Of a stretch of 64,000 nucleotides of DNA, positions 11,903 to 24,600 are shown piece after piece. The DNA is from Felis catus (lineage: Eukaryota): positions 18,540,001-18,604,000 of the forward strand of contig NC_058368.1 in the NCBI RefSeq assembly GCF_018350175.1. Direction: 5' to 3'. The notes under the pieces were generated by a model. The model saw only the letters and a program-made list of their open reading frames with translations, was not told where the DNA came from and searched no databases. The translations under genes were made by a program, and so were the position numbers. Each line of letters starts with the position of its first letter. Positions within the stretch are counted from its first letter, which is position 1.

Positions 11903-12860
11903 GTCTAATGGGTCAAATCCACTTTAGAAAATAAACTGCTACATTTATTTGATATCTAAGTAGATGCGTTTCAAAGATACCAAAGAGTGACATGACTTGA
12001 TCTTCTGAGTTTCGCATCAGGGAAAGAAGGAAGCAGAAGGGTAAGTAGGGAGTCATGGTGAGAACCCCCTTGACGTCACAGACGGGCTTGATGAGAACAA
12101 GGAAACAGGCTGCCGGCAGGCCTCTGCTCTCTGGTCACAGCACATGGCTCTCCCAGGTGCTGGGCACAGTGTCAGGCTGGCTCTTCTAACAGCCCTCACC
12201 TCAAGGCAACGCAAGATTGATGGCAACGGAAGATCCTAATGCCTCTCCCATGCAAAGTGAGGGAGTTTCCATGTGATTAAAAACATCTTCCTCTCATCGT
12301 GAGATAGCAATCAGCATCTTGAGCTAAAATTTTGGCTGTCCCCTCTCACCTCAATCCACCTACGTTGTATATTCACAAAGTGCTCATGTAAGAATTCTCC
12401 TCCCGGGTCCATCCAATCTGGGTTTCAACCAACCATAAGCATCTCAGAGGCCACAAGACTTACATCCTGAATGAACGCTCAGCAGACTCACCACGCCAGC
12501 CAGAGCTGCTAGAGAAGTTGTCGCCAACCGCTTTGTGCTGACTCTCAGGCGGCCAGGCCCTTCCAAGGACTGACCAAATGGCCTAGACTGCAAGGCACTG
12601 CTCTGTCTGGACAGGCTAGTCATCTGATGAAAGCCAAAGAATGTGGTGGCTGTAGCTGTCACCTGGCACCGTGGTCATCATCATGTTCCCACGTTCTTTG
12701 GATCTGGATGTGCAAAGACACTGGACAAGGCACAGCTGCTTTTGCTGTTCGTAGAGGCCATGGTCCATGGTCCAGCACCTGCCCCGTGGTTCAAGATCTT
12801 CTAGACACTGACATAGCTGGTAAGCGAAAGCCAAGTATGCATGGATGGTTTAAAAGTTCT

Positions 12861-13087
12861 CCTCGTAGATACAGACAACAAACTGAGAGTTGATGGGAGG
12901 TGTGGGGAGGGGTGGGGAAAACGGGTGATGGGCATTGAGGAGGGCACTTGTTGGGACGAGCACCGGCTGTTGTATGGAAGCGACGAACCACGGGAATCTA
13001 CCCCCAAAACCAAGAGCACGCTGTACACACTGCATGTCAGCCAACTTGACAATAAATTATGCATATACAAATTTTTTTAAATAAAAG
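12861..13087 (+). mobile_element. 5'-truncated felid-type L1 3' end
   Basis: acaaactgagagttgatggg...gggcattgaggagggcacttgttggga..gagcac...cttgacaataaatt, typical of carnivore/felid L1 3'UTR; A-rich tail. Confidence 0.85.
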
Positions 13088-14439
13088 ACAAAAAAGAAGA
13101 AATAGTCAACTGAGGACAAAACTCATTTAAAAAAATAATAAAGCTCTCTCCTTCCTCCCCACCTTAATCTATACCAGGTATTATCACAGTCCCCTCCAGG
13201 GTCCTTCCTTACAACAGCCATCACCCACCCACTGGTCTAAAAGACAGAGGTGTGGCCCAGACATGCCTGCAGGTGCAAGGCCGGCAGTCTGGAGGGATTA
13301 AACCAGGATATGGGATACAGACAAAGAGCTCTGTGCTGGGGAAATCTGTGTGCTGGTTCCAGCTGGGCCCTGTATCCACCCCTTCGCAGACATGGTAAAC
13401 TAGAACCTGCCGTCCTCAGCCATACAATCGGGACATTACTAGTTGCCCTACCTGTCCTGCTAACCTCTCATGAATGACGTGAGGCTAAAACGAAAGTAGG
13501 GATGTGAATATAGATTAACAAAGCCAAAACATAACACACGGTATTTATCACTGAGTGCTGACAAGGCCTCTGTACCATGTATCACGCCAAAACAGAATTA
13601 AGATTTTTTAGACACCTAGTTTTGACCCATCTGGGCATCAGAATCTTGATATTGCAAAGAAGTCTGTAACTGAAAACTTTATGCACTTGACAAGAAGACG
13701 CAGAAGGGGTGTCTGGCTTATGCTCTATAATGACAATGGTTTGGTATTTTATTAGATATTCTTAGACAACGGAACTCAATCCTAAATTTTCTCTCCCTAA
13801 GAAACTATTGAAAACCCTTACACAGTATAACCAAGATATAGTTCTCACCTGGACCGTTTCTTACTTCTCTACACCCTGAGAAGTCTCTGCTCTAAGACAC
13901 CTGCTTCTTTGAATAATAACAGAAAGATCTTACTTTGTGCAATTGTCCAAAGTCAAGTCCCTAAGAACCAAGTCGGTATCTACTGATAATGAGCTCTGCT
14001 TCCCTCCGATGTGCTCAGCAGAAGGGGAGCTGAGTCTGACCAAGGAATAGCCACACGGCCCTCTGCATTCTGCCCCTCCCATCATTACTTCCTTCCACAA
14101 ACACTCACGCAGTGCCCACAATATGCCAAGTGTTGCTTGGCCATAAAATGGGGTGTAAAAAACCACATGAGGTCCTTCCTTTCTAGGAGTTTATCCTCCA
14201 TACTTGGGCTTGCTAAAGAGAAAGGGTTCGTCCTATGCGGGCTAGGGCTGTGGGCTCTGCCATAAACACCTCCCAGAAAGCTGACCGCCTGAATAACAAT
14301 GAATAACAATGGTGACATCCCCCAGAAGTGGCAATAAGGGGAGTAGCTCAGGGTGTTCCTGCTTCATCATTTTAGCGGATGCCCCTTCCAGAGGCTTCTT
14401 ATGCCTAACTCCATGGTAAGCCTCCTAATTATACCAGCA

Positions 14440-14620
14440 GCCCCCTTGCAGCACTTACTATGTGCCAGGCTATGTGCTAAGAACTTTGCATTTAATCTGC
14501 TTAACAACTCTTATCATCTGCTTCGTACAAATGAGGAAGATTAAGTAACAAAGCCAAGCTCACCAGCGGCAAGGCAAGCGATGGAACTAACACTCAACCC
14601 TAAACTGACTCCAAAGACTA
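14440..14620 (-). mobile_element. MIR relic
   Basis: gcacttactatgtgccaggctatgtgctaag...tacaaatgaggaag. Confidence 0.6.
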
Positions 14621-15130
14621 CCCGCAGATCGCAGAAGTTGAGTGCGGCACCTATCGTGTTTATAGCAATAAGATTTTTTTGCTTTTTTGGTCCCTCTCGG
14701 GCTGGGAATAGAATTGATTGCCTTCCGAGAAAATCCAGTCTGGTCTCTGTGATGTGGAAAAATAGTCAAGTGTCATATGAGCCGTTTGGGACCCGAGAGG
14801 GTAAAATTAACAAGCATGACAGCAGCATTCTGTTTTAAATGTCAGCAACGTTCTAGGTGCTGAGAGAGACCCTAATTATTGTCAGGACAAGAAGGCTTTC
14901 CTCACTCCGTCAAGGCTCTCTGAGCAGTCTGCAGGCACTGGGGGATTCCTGCCGTTTCAGTGGAGCGAATGGACTGGTGAATGTAGTGACATCCCCTTTA
15001 AGTTGTCGCTCTGACTCAGACAGAAACCACCCCCCAGTTCAGTCCCCTCTTGGTTCCCTGACATTCAAGCCAGGGCAAAGGGTTCTGTGCCTCATGCCAT
15101 CTCCCAGGAGAGGCCCTGTTGCTTTGAACC

Positions 15131-15700
15131 CATTAAAAGATAAACTGAGGTTGGGGCGCCTGGGTGGCTCAGCCAGTTAAGCGTCTGACTTTGGCCCAGG
15201 ACATGATCTCGTGGTTCATGAGTTCGAGCCCCGAGTCAGGTTCTGTGCTGACAGCTCAGCGCCTGGGGCCTGCTTCGGATTCTGTGTTTCCCTCTCTCTC
15301 TGCCTCTCCCCCACTTGCACTCCGTGTCTCTCTCTCTCTCAAAGATAAAATAAACATTAAAAAAAATTTAAAGATAAACTGAGGCATATTTAAAAACTGT
15401 AAGTTTATTTGAGCAAAATTCTATTCCTATCAGACCGTGCCAAACTGGGAGTGTTTAGGAGCGTTCCACGGGCAGGCACTCGGCTGAGACTTTTCTAGAG
15501 AAAAGGTGGAAGCAAAGTAAGGAAATTATTGGCCGGCTATAGCTTAGAGCCTAGCTGGCTGTTTGTGAGTGGTTGTCCTTGATGCGTTGATGTTGTAACC
15601 TTGAGGCACTTGCAGGCTTAGGTTTGGGTTTGCTTACAAAGGTGTCCGTGGCATTAGAACCACCTCAGTGTGACGGCCTTCTTGCTGAATTAATTTAAAA
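15131..15700 (-). mobile_element. Probable ERV1-class solo LTR, interrupted by a SINE
   Basis: Ends cattaaaagataaact.. and ..gaattaatttaaaa resemble mutated TGTTAAA/TTTAACA termini; reverse-strand AATAAA-like signal in gtaagtttatttgagcaaa; family not identified. Confidence 0.55.
15153..15370 (+). mobile_element. Can-SINE
   Basis: Canonical body; TSD aaagataaactgagg on both sides. Confidence 0.96.
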
Positions 15701-17606
15701 ACGAAAGACCACCCCAGTCTGCGGTGCCGTTTTCTTAGCAACTGTGCACAGAGCCTCCTGCTCCGAGCAGGGTTCTCCGGTTTCTTGCTTCCTACAACGC
15801 AAGCTGGGAGGGGGATCTCAGATTCCTTCATTGGTCCGGAAGAGGTTGGAGAGAAAAGCAGCCTCTTTGTAAAAGGCTCATTTGAAAAGGCACGAAGAGA
15901 TGGGTTAGAATCTGGGACTGTGCCCAGGTGGAGGTCTCGCCTGGAATTCCTAATACATTCTTTCTGTTATTAAAATAATATAGGGAACTGGGGTGGCTCG
16001 GTGCTTCTCTGCATGGAGTCAATTTGGCTCATGCTGTGTGACCATTTTAAATCTGACCTCAAGTGGTGCCAGTTTCAAAATCTTTTCATTCTGGGTATGT
16101 TTCCATTCCACACAACAAGCCCGTGGCTGTTCCCTAAACCCTTTCTCCAAGCAGAGAGTAACTCGGTAGACAGAGCCTCCTGCCAGAAGTGATGCAATCG
16201 GTTAAGCTACCCACTGTCTTGTTCCCCCGGCCCCACCCTGCTGCCCTGCCCAGGGCCAGCTCTCCGGTCCACTTCTCAGGTCTACCTTCTCACCTCCCAG
16301 AGGCACAGACCTCCCTTTGTGGTCTAGGGAAGGTGTTTCCAGGTGACTGGATGCACATGGCATTTTCTCCTTCCAACACGAGGAGAGAAGCCCTGCCTCG
16401 CCTCCCCAACTAAGCGGTGAGTCATAAACTCACAGGATGACAAAGCTTGTGGCAAAGATGTAGGGGGGAGGGGCGGGGGTGAGGAAGGGAAGCAAGATGC
16501 ACCTAGATTTGTCTCTCAATAGCGTGTTTGCAACTTCCCTTGACCTCCGTATTCTCTCAAAACAAAAACAAAAACAAAAAACCATGGGGTAAAATACCAA
16601 AAAAACTGCCATGTTTTCCATGAGGCAGCGGGTCCTCCAAGATGTAGGCCGGAGAAAACAAACATGTAACATCCCTTATCTCAATGGCCCTGATCAGGCC
16701 ATCTTTGTTTCCAAAATGACCTATTCAGGCTTCGAGGCACCTGGAGAGAATCAGCCCTGGGAGCTCCTAGAGACAGCCAGACAATGCAATACAAATATGC
16801 CAACCCCGCGACCTGCAAGGAAGCATCAGGAAGCCGAAGAGCACAGCACCACTGCCTTCTGCTACGACCAACCGCTTGGCCATGCCTTCCCCTGGTTCAC
16901 CGAGGACATCGTACTTTATCTGCGGCTCAGAGCAGATGAAAAAGCAATTGGAAAACACCCACAGAGGAGCAGCCAGTTGTCATGATCTCCGAGAGGAAGG
17001 AAATAACATGGTGTTTTATTTTTAAGTAGCCCATGAGATTTCAATGATTGCATTAAAATTTTAATCACAAACTCCTTAAGTTTAGGAAGGGGGAAAAAAA
17101 CCCCACAAAGGACTCATTGTATAAGAGAGTTTCACCATTTGGAGTTCTTTTATAAATTTGTGTCAGATCACAATTTGCTGTCTGGGAAATGTAAATTAGT
17201 TATTAATGAGCCAAAATTCTAACATCAAAGCCTGCGCACCCGCATGCCAGAGAGAAACAAAGAGCCTTCACAGCAATATCGACTGCTCCGTGCGCTGGCC
17301 TGAATGCGGCGTTCATTTTGACGCGCTTTGCTGCCTCGTGGAGGAGCTTACTTTTCACAAATGTAGTCGCACGGGTCACCTGGGTCGTTCGCGTCACCTC
17401 CACCTGAGCACCGCGTGGCTGTCAGGATTGCAGGCGACACGCGGCACGCGTGTGACGAAGGGGGGCTTTGCACCAAGCGGAGCCGACGCCCCCTTTCTTC
17501 CTGGCTCCGTCAGCTGAAGATTTGCAAAAAGCACATTTAACGTCTGCAATACGACCTTGCCCAGGGGCAATGGGGAGCTCAGGTCGGTGGGGGAAGTATC
17601 CACACG

Positions 17607-18082
17607 CAGGCGTCCCCTCTTATCTGAGGGATGGGTGCCAAGCCCCTGAGGGGATGCCTGAAACTGCAGGTCCTGCCGAACCCTACCTGTCCTATGTCCT
17701 TTCCCGTGCGTACATACCCGTGAAAAAGGTTCAATTTGTAAATTAGGCGCAGGGGGAGAGATTAACAGTAACAGCCGATAATAAAATGGAACAATTACAA
17801 CAATAGACTTCAATAAAAGTTATGTGAATGTGGTCTCTCTTTCAGAACATCTTATTGTACTCTACTCACCCTTCTTGCGGTGATGTGAGATGATTAAATG
17901 CCTACGTGATGAGACAATGAGACGGAGGCAGGTGGACGACGGAAGGCGCTGAGACGTGGCGTTAGGCGCTATGGATCATCCGCCAATTTGTCAGGAGGAG
18001 GATCGATCACCTGCTTCCCGACCGGGCTTGGCTGCAGGTACCCAAAACCGCAGAAAGCGAACCCCCAGAGGAGGGACCATTG
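17607..18082 (+). mobile_element. MER44 (Tigger7-derived) MITE, MER44B-like
   Basis: TIR-like caggcgtcccctcttatc ... gaggagggaccattg; internal aataaaagttatgtgaatgtggtctctc...cttattgtactctactcaccc. Confidence 0.85.
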
Positions 18083-19399
18083 TCGTTTGCCTCATATTCT
18101 CAATCTTCTTATTTTGATGGCGATCAGAGTCTAGATAAAACATGCACACACGGAATGAGAAAAGTGGGCAGTTAAACAACTGTTTTTATGCCTGTGGAAA
18201 CGGCAGTCATGGGAATCTAAGAGAAGTCCTGCGGGCCTATGCGAATATTCATTGACTCATTCTTCCAGCTCCTGCTGATGCTCCCGGGGTGCCACGGTAC
18301 CAGGGTGAGCAAAGAGCCCTGCCTGCTCTGAGCTCCCTGCCTGGGGCAGGGGCGGGGAATAAGTAATCGCTCAAATCCCTCTACAGACAACTGGGGGCTG
18401 AGGGGGAGCCCCCAAACAAGGTTCCTGGCCTGGTGAAGGGGCTGGGAAGGGCTTCCATGAGAAAGTGACATTTAGGCTGAGAACTGATGGAAGGGGGAGG
18501 GTCAGCCAGGCACAGAGAAGACGGGCAAGAGGTCAAGGTGGGCGGCATCCACCAAGACGCCAGAGTTGAGAGCAGAGACAGTATCACCCTGCCTGCCTCC
18601 CTGGCCAAGATTCCTCCTCTCCCCAGAGAGGGGGGCCCCCTGACCTCCACCTGCAGCCTCGGCCTGGGTCTGGCTCCCTGGCTTTGTGGAGCCAGGATAT
18701 GCGGAGAGCGGCCTAAGTTCCAGAGTTCGGGTGACTCAACATCAAATCACACTTGCTGCTATGCTCTTCACTTATTGCGAGTCACATGTGTGATGGCCGC
18801 TCCTAGACCCCAGGTCTGGCGAGAAGGTCCCTCCGTGAGCCGTGGTCCTGCGGGCCGCCCTCCTGCTCATGGCTGATAGCTACCTGGCTGCATTTCGTCC
18901 TGTTGCCCCGCTCCAAGCCTCCCTGCTGTCGGGTTTTCACCTGTCCTCTTTTTGACCTCCGCCCTGCTTACGGCCACTCCTGACGGGCCCCCGGCCTCAA
19001 AGGGCTCTGATGGACTCCCAGGACCGTCATTTCCCAGGACAGTGTCCCCACGTAAGCTAGCTCTCCTCCCACACCAACCACTCCAGTGGGCAGGTCATAT
19101 TTCTAGGTACTGGTCACTCCCGGCGTGGCCTAAAACTCCCCTCCCGACGCGATGCGTCGGTTCTCTGAAGGAGAGATTTGAAAGGTGGGGAAGTGAAGGA
19201 GAGCCAGAGAGAAGAACAAAGGACAGGTGATCAGTGTAGAAAGAACCGGAGAAGTCTCAGAGGCTGGGAGAGAGGCCCGGGCTTCAGTGACGTAGCCATG
19301 CAGGCAGACTTGAAGACCTCTGACCCAACAGGATCTGGGTGCCTGCTTCACGCTTTGTCTCTCACTCCCCCATCCCTACCCCAGAAGTCCTCACCCAGA

Positions 19400-19800
19400 A
19401 CTCCACACTCCAGCCCTGTGGAATGTTTTCACATCCTCCAACAGATTAGTTGGAAGACCTTCCAAACTCCTACTTTCCGTGTCTGGAATTCATAAGTGCT
19501 CCCCCTTACCTAGTTAATCCATCTGTTGGCCCTCAGGCTGAACAGCACTCTAGCCCGAGTCCATCCTGGATGGCCCTCTGAGTTGGGTGCCCCTCCACGG
19601 GCCTCACAACTCCCTGAACTTCCTGTATTGGGGGTCCCGCCACACTGCATTTGCACTGTGTGTCTGTCTCCTCTGCTAGACTCCAAACTCTGTGAGACCT
19701 GGGACTGCTTTTTTCATTTCATCTTTGTATCAACTGATCTCCTGCCTGGTTATTGAGTGATCAAACACACAGCAGAAACCCAACAAGTATTTGTGACACA
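19400..19800 (+). mobile_element. L2 3' end relic
   Basis: tgtctgtctcctctgctagactccaaactctgtgagacctgggactg...catctttgtatc. Confidence 0.55.
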
Positions 19801-21000
19801 GATAGGTTGGTGAAGAGCCACACAAGTATCTCTGCCTCCACCACTATCCAAGGAAGACAGCAACGTTCTCTAGATCATGGCCATGGAAGAGCGCCATATA
19901 CTGTGGCCGCACAGTAAAACATCTGGAGAACTAGAAACATTTGGAGAACATGGCATCCTCACTCAGAGCTTAAGGGAGTTTGAGCTCCTTTGTTATAGCA
20001 AGCAGAGCCCAGAGTCCTCTTGGCAGGTGGACAGATGACAGGCACTTCATGCCATTAGAATTGGCTTCACACACAGGTCCTCTTAGGCTGGTGTCCTTCC
20101 TGGGGCAATCTGGGCTCCAAGGCCCTAAAGAAAATAAAGTGCTTTCCTGTTATGTTCCCGGATAAGGAGGCACACAGACCTGCTGCACAGCCTCCTGGCA
20201 CGCCGGTTTCCAGAAGCGCCATTATTCCTTGCACGCCCAGCCACAAGAAGCTCCCGGGAGCAGCTGCTTGGCCTCCAAGAGTTCAGACACTTTCTACAAC
20301 TTTTCTACAGGATCTGCCCGTCACTGGCCATTTCTACCATCTCATCTAGGAGCTCTCCGAAGTGCGACTCACAGAATAGGAGACCGTGAAGAAACAGGTC
20401 TGTGGTCCCATAAAATGGGAAAGGGTGCAAGGGCTATTCTGGTTGGAGATCTCCTAGGACGTGACACTCTAAGGCACGTCCTGCGGTAACAAATCCTGCC
20501 TAGGATTCCCGGTCTAAATGGCACAGTTGGTTCAATCGCTGACCCATCCCCTATAGCACATGCATACACAGCAATGAGAAATGAAGTATAAGTTGGGAAA
20601 ATAAAGAAGGCCTAGCCCAGCGTAAAAACAAAATAAGCACCTCAGTGAATGAGAAACGGGGTGGAAACATGAAGCAACTAGCGGCAGGCCTGCTGGTTGA
20701 GCAGGAAGGGGATGCTGACAGTCCCCTCCTTTGGGACAGGGAGGAATAAAATCATTTTGTGAGAGATGGGGGAAAGATCTAGTAACATCCTGCGACAGGT
20801 GTTTGCAGAACATACTTTGGGACATGTTGCCTTTGCCCCTTTCTCCTCCACTCTTGCCTCACATCCCTGGACTCAAGGTGCTCAGATACCAAAAACTGGT
20901 TGGTCTCCGGCACACACATTATTTTGTGTCACCAGACATTAACATTAGCCTTCCCAAAACTCTTAAGAAAAACTCTATGACAAGATCCCACAGGGGGGAT

Positions 21001-21200
21001 TCCTCTCTCTCTCTGTCTCTCTCTTTCTCCCTCCCCCTCTCTCCTCCTTCTCTCTCCCCATCTCTCCCTCTCCCCCTCTTTTTCTCCCCCTCTTTTTTTT
21101 CTCCCTCTCCCTCTCTCTCCCCCTCTTCTCTCCCCTCTTTTCTTCCTCTTTCCCTCTCTCCCTGCTTCTCTCTCTCCCTCTCCCTCCCTTTCTCCACCAC
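21001..21200 (+). repeat. ~200 bp polypyrimidine (C/T) low-complexity tract
   Basis: Direct reading; almost no purines. Confidence 0.95.
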
Positions 21201-21559
21201 CATCAACTTTTCTTAGGAGCCCTCCTCCTCACCTTCGGCTCACCTACCCCCTGACTTCCTTTGTCCTCACTGACCTCCTGACCTCTGAACTGCTGTCCCC
21301 ACAGCCACCCGATGGCCACACCAGACCGTGAGTTCTCACACCTTATCCTCTGCTAGTCTCTCCCCTTTTCAACACCGCTGAAGGCCCCTCCTGATGAACC
21401 TGGAAAATTCTTGGCTCCTGTATTGTCCCTCTCCCCATCCCTCAATCCTCTTTTTTATCTCCCTATCCTCACAATTGCCCCGGCACGACCCTCTGCCCAC
21501 ACATGTCACTCCTCACACGTCCAAACACCCAGGAGTTTTCAGAACCTTATGATTCAAAT

Positions 21560-22230
21560 ACTGCTCTAGAAATGGTGGTCAGGTTTGCTCTGTGTCTGTT
21601 GTTAGTCGTGTAGGTCGTGGCGTCTTATGGTGGTTGAAGCACAAACTGAGACGACTAGACAACGGCTTTCCATTCTGATTTCACTTCTTGACTTGATTTT
21701 ATATCCAACTAGTTCATGACTTCTGTTAAACCTAGCAATGTTGCCTTCTATAGCCACGAGCCCTATTGAATTACTGGCTTCTTGCAGAGTAAACTGTTTT
21801 CAGTGCATTAAAAGTCCCATGTACAAACATACCTATACTAATATGTAGGCATATTGCTAAATTGAATGTTTTGTTTTGATATTCTGTAAATAATTTTCAA
21901 ATGCATTCGTCATGTTTTTGCATTTTCAATGCGTTTTTAATTTAATTACTGTAGTTACCTGAAGTTTTTCATTTTCAGCGCTTCTTAATTTTCTCCTCTC
22001 GTATTTGTAAATCCTGTTTGATCTTTTAAAGGAGTTTTGGTAAATGTTTATATATTTGTTCATGAATGTATAAAGCCCTAATTCCTTGGTCTAAATTCAT
22101 AGGGATATGAATATACATATATGGATTTACTAAGCCAAATATTTTTAACTGTGTAAATTAAAGTTGCTTACTCTAATGGCAATAAAAAGGCAGAACAATA
22201 CTTCAAGTGAAATGCGTTGACTTATCACAG
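21560..22230 (-). mobile_element. Probable fossil of a hAT transposase C-terminus (Tip100/Arthur/Zaphod-like)
   Basis: AT-rich island; minus strand reads GTFNALKT then, after a frameshift, TLQEASNSIGLVAIEGNIARFNRSHELVGYKIKSR, resembling the hAT dimerisation-domain pattern ERSFSxLK...TMxQERLNxLALLxIExxIA. Confidence 0.45.
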
Positions 22231-23626
22231 CCACACGACAAATCCACCCTTTCTGAAATAGAATGCATCTTCTCCATATGTACTCTTATGCCCAGCCTGC
22301 CCAACCCACCTCCCCAAAATATCTTGGGACCTTTTCTTTCTCTTCCTCACTTCTCAGTTTCTGCCATTTTGCCCTTTTCCCAGTTACCTAAGCTCCAGCT
22401 TCAATGTTATCTTACACTTCTTTCCATTTGCCTGCTCACCACGAAAGCCCAAATTCCTCAAAATCAGTTATGAAGCCCTTGCCCTTCTCTACCACAGGGT
22501 CTCTCATCACATGGAAGTGTTCTTCAAATACCTCTCTGCCCCAGAAACAGGGGCCTGGGGCGGAAAATTATTCTTTTGGCAATACAACTCCTCGAAGGCC
22601 GCACATGTAGCATATAACCTGAGTCCTCTGAAGAAGTAGCTCATTCCCGGAGATGGTAAAAAAGATCCAGATACAAGGAGAGCTGACTCTACGCAAGGGA
22701 ACCAGTACTAGATGTTTCACAAAAGGAAAGATCTAGACTCAACCATTATAAATAAAGCTCTAACCCACTCAATCAGAGCGTGACCTGACTGAATGCAGAG
22801 AGTGGAACCTTGGGGGGGTTGACCAAAAAAGCAATCAGTCAGGACCATGTCGTCCATCTTTACCCATAGCCATACAAAGAATTGATTGTGATGTCCCTGA
22901 TGACAAAGGTTGCTCTTTCCTGGGCATAGCTCCCTGGAATAGGAGCAATTCAGATGACATGAAATACTCTGTGGGGACACTCAGTCCCCTTTGCCTAAAG
23001 CTGTTCTGACCCCCGAATTTGTGAGATTTAATAATGAAAAATATTATCTCCGAAATGAGACCTGGGTTCACTTCCAGTCTCTGGTTTTTACCAACAGGAA
23101 CTACCAGGAAAATTCTTACATCTCATCTACTGCTGCTACAGCTATTATGAACAATTACGCTAGTCTAGTCCCGGCCCTGCCCTCGGGTCCTCCCACTGTG
23201 CCCTTGTGCTCCTCCAGCTGGACAGTCCACCACCTTCACTCTGCGCTCTCAACACGGCAAGTACTTTCCAGCCGCAGGGCCTTTGCTCATGCCATTCTCC
23301 TTTCCTGGCTCCCCCTTCCCCCACATACCTGGATGACTCTGTCTCCATCTTCCTTTAAATCTCTGCTCTCTTATTTGTTTATTATTCTTTGTTCTAGTCC
23401 TGTCCACTCTGGTCTAGATCTCGTGAGGGCAGGTGTTTTAGCTGCTGTCGCAGCTGCTATAGCAGTAGCTGCTAAATTATATTGAGTTTTGACCATGTCT
23501 TGGTCTTCCCCTCTGTGAAACTGGGCTAATGACATTGACTTCAGGGTGCCGTGAGGTACAATGAGCCCAGTTGTATATTGCCTGGCAAATAGCACATGCC
23601 TAGTTGATGGTAGTTACCATTATTAT

Positions 23627-23805
23627 TTTTTTTTTAATTATTTTTTTATTTTTAGGGAGAGAGAGAGAGAGCGAGAGGGGGAGGGGCTGAGGGAGAGAAT
23701 CCTAAGTAGGCTCCGTGCTCAGTGCAGAGCCTGATGTGGGGCTCAATCCAACGACCTGAGCTGAAATCAAGAGTTGGACACTCAACCGAGCCATCCAGGT
23801 GCCCC
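23627..23805 (-). mobile_element. Can-SINE (older subtype)
   Basis: Body in reverse; TSD ccattattat / ccattactat. Confidence 0.92.
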
Positions 23806-24037
23806 CCATTACTATCTTTTGATGTCCACATGATTTGCACAGGAGAATGGATCCTGTGCAGCTGCACAGTCTCCTCTCTTGAAGAGTAAATGAATGAAGC
23901 ACTCTTCTGGCTTATCAATCAGCACCTTTGCAAATACCGATAAAACTATTTTCTAGTCGTGCATCACTAAAGACTAGACCCTGGCCTCTGGGACACACAG
24001 AGACAAAGTGCCTTTGTGTTTGCAATCACAAATTCTT

Positions 24038-24252
24038 TTTAAAAAATTTTTTTTAATGTTTATTTATTTTTGAGAGAGAGAGAGAGAAAGAGAGAGTAAG
24101 GGATAGAGAGAGAGGGAGACACAGAATCTGAAGCAGGCTCCAGACTCCAAGCTGTCAGCACAGAGTCCGACACGGAGCTTGAACCATGAACTGCAAGATC
24201 GTGACCTGAGCCAAAGTCGGACACTTAACCGACTGAGCCACTCAGGCACCCC
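24038..24252 (-). mobile_element. Can-SINE
   Basis: TSD atcacaaattctt (24025-24037 / 24256-24268). Confidence 0.95.
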
Positions 24253-24289
24253 ATGATCACAAATTCTTGAGTCAGCATGCCTGGGTCAT

Positions 24290-24600
24290 ATCTCAGGCCT
24301 CCACTTAGGGACAGTATGGCCCCTCAGAGCCTCAGTTTCCTCCTCTGTACAATGGGATTCATGACAGTACCTACCTCAGAGGAACACGTGAGAATTCAAT
24401 GAGATAACATAGCCTCACAACACTTCTGTGGGGAGGCACCATGAATATCAGTCACCATTGACAAAAGAGGAAGTGGACATCTCGAGAGGTAAGATAATTT
24501 GCTCTAAATCGGATAGCCAAAAACTGGCAAGGCCAAAATTTGAATCCAGATCTATCCAGCTCCAAAGGTTGATTTCTTATCCACATTCCACCATCCAATG
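24290..24600. mobile_element. Two MIR fragments in opposite orientation
   Basis: gagcctcagtttcctcctctgtacaatggg (sense) and gacaaaagaggaagtgg..gaggtaagataatttgc..tttgaatccagatct (antisense). Confidence 0.55.

Noticed and set aside
16611..16985. ATG-initiated 124-aa ORF in unique DNA
   Set aside because: No recognisable domain or splice context; length is within chance expectation for 64 kb in six frames
20731..21216. Long S/L/P-rich and E/R/G-rich ORFs
   Set aside because: Translations of the CT-rich low-complexity tract
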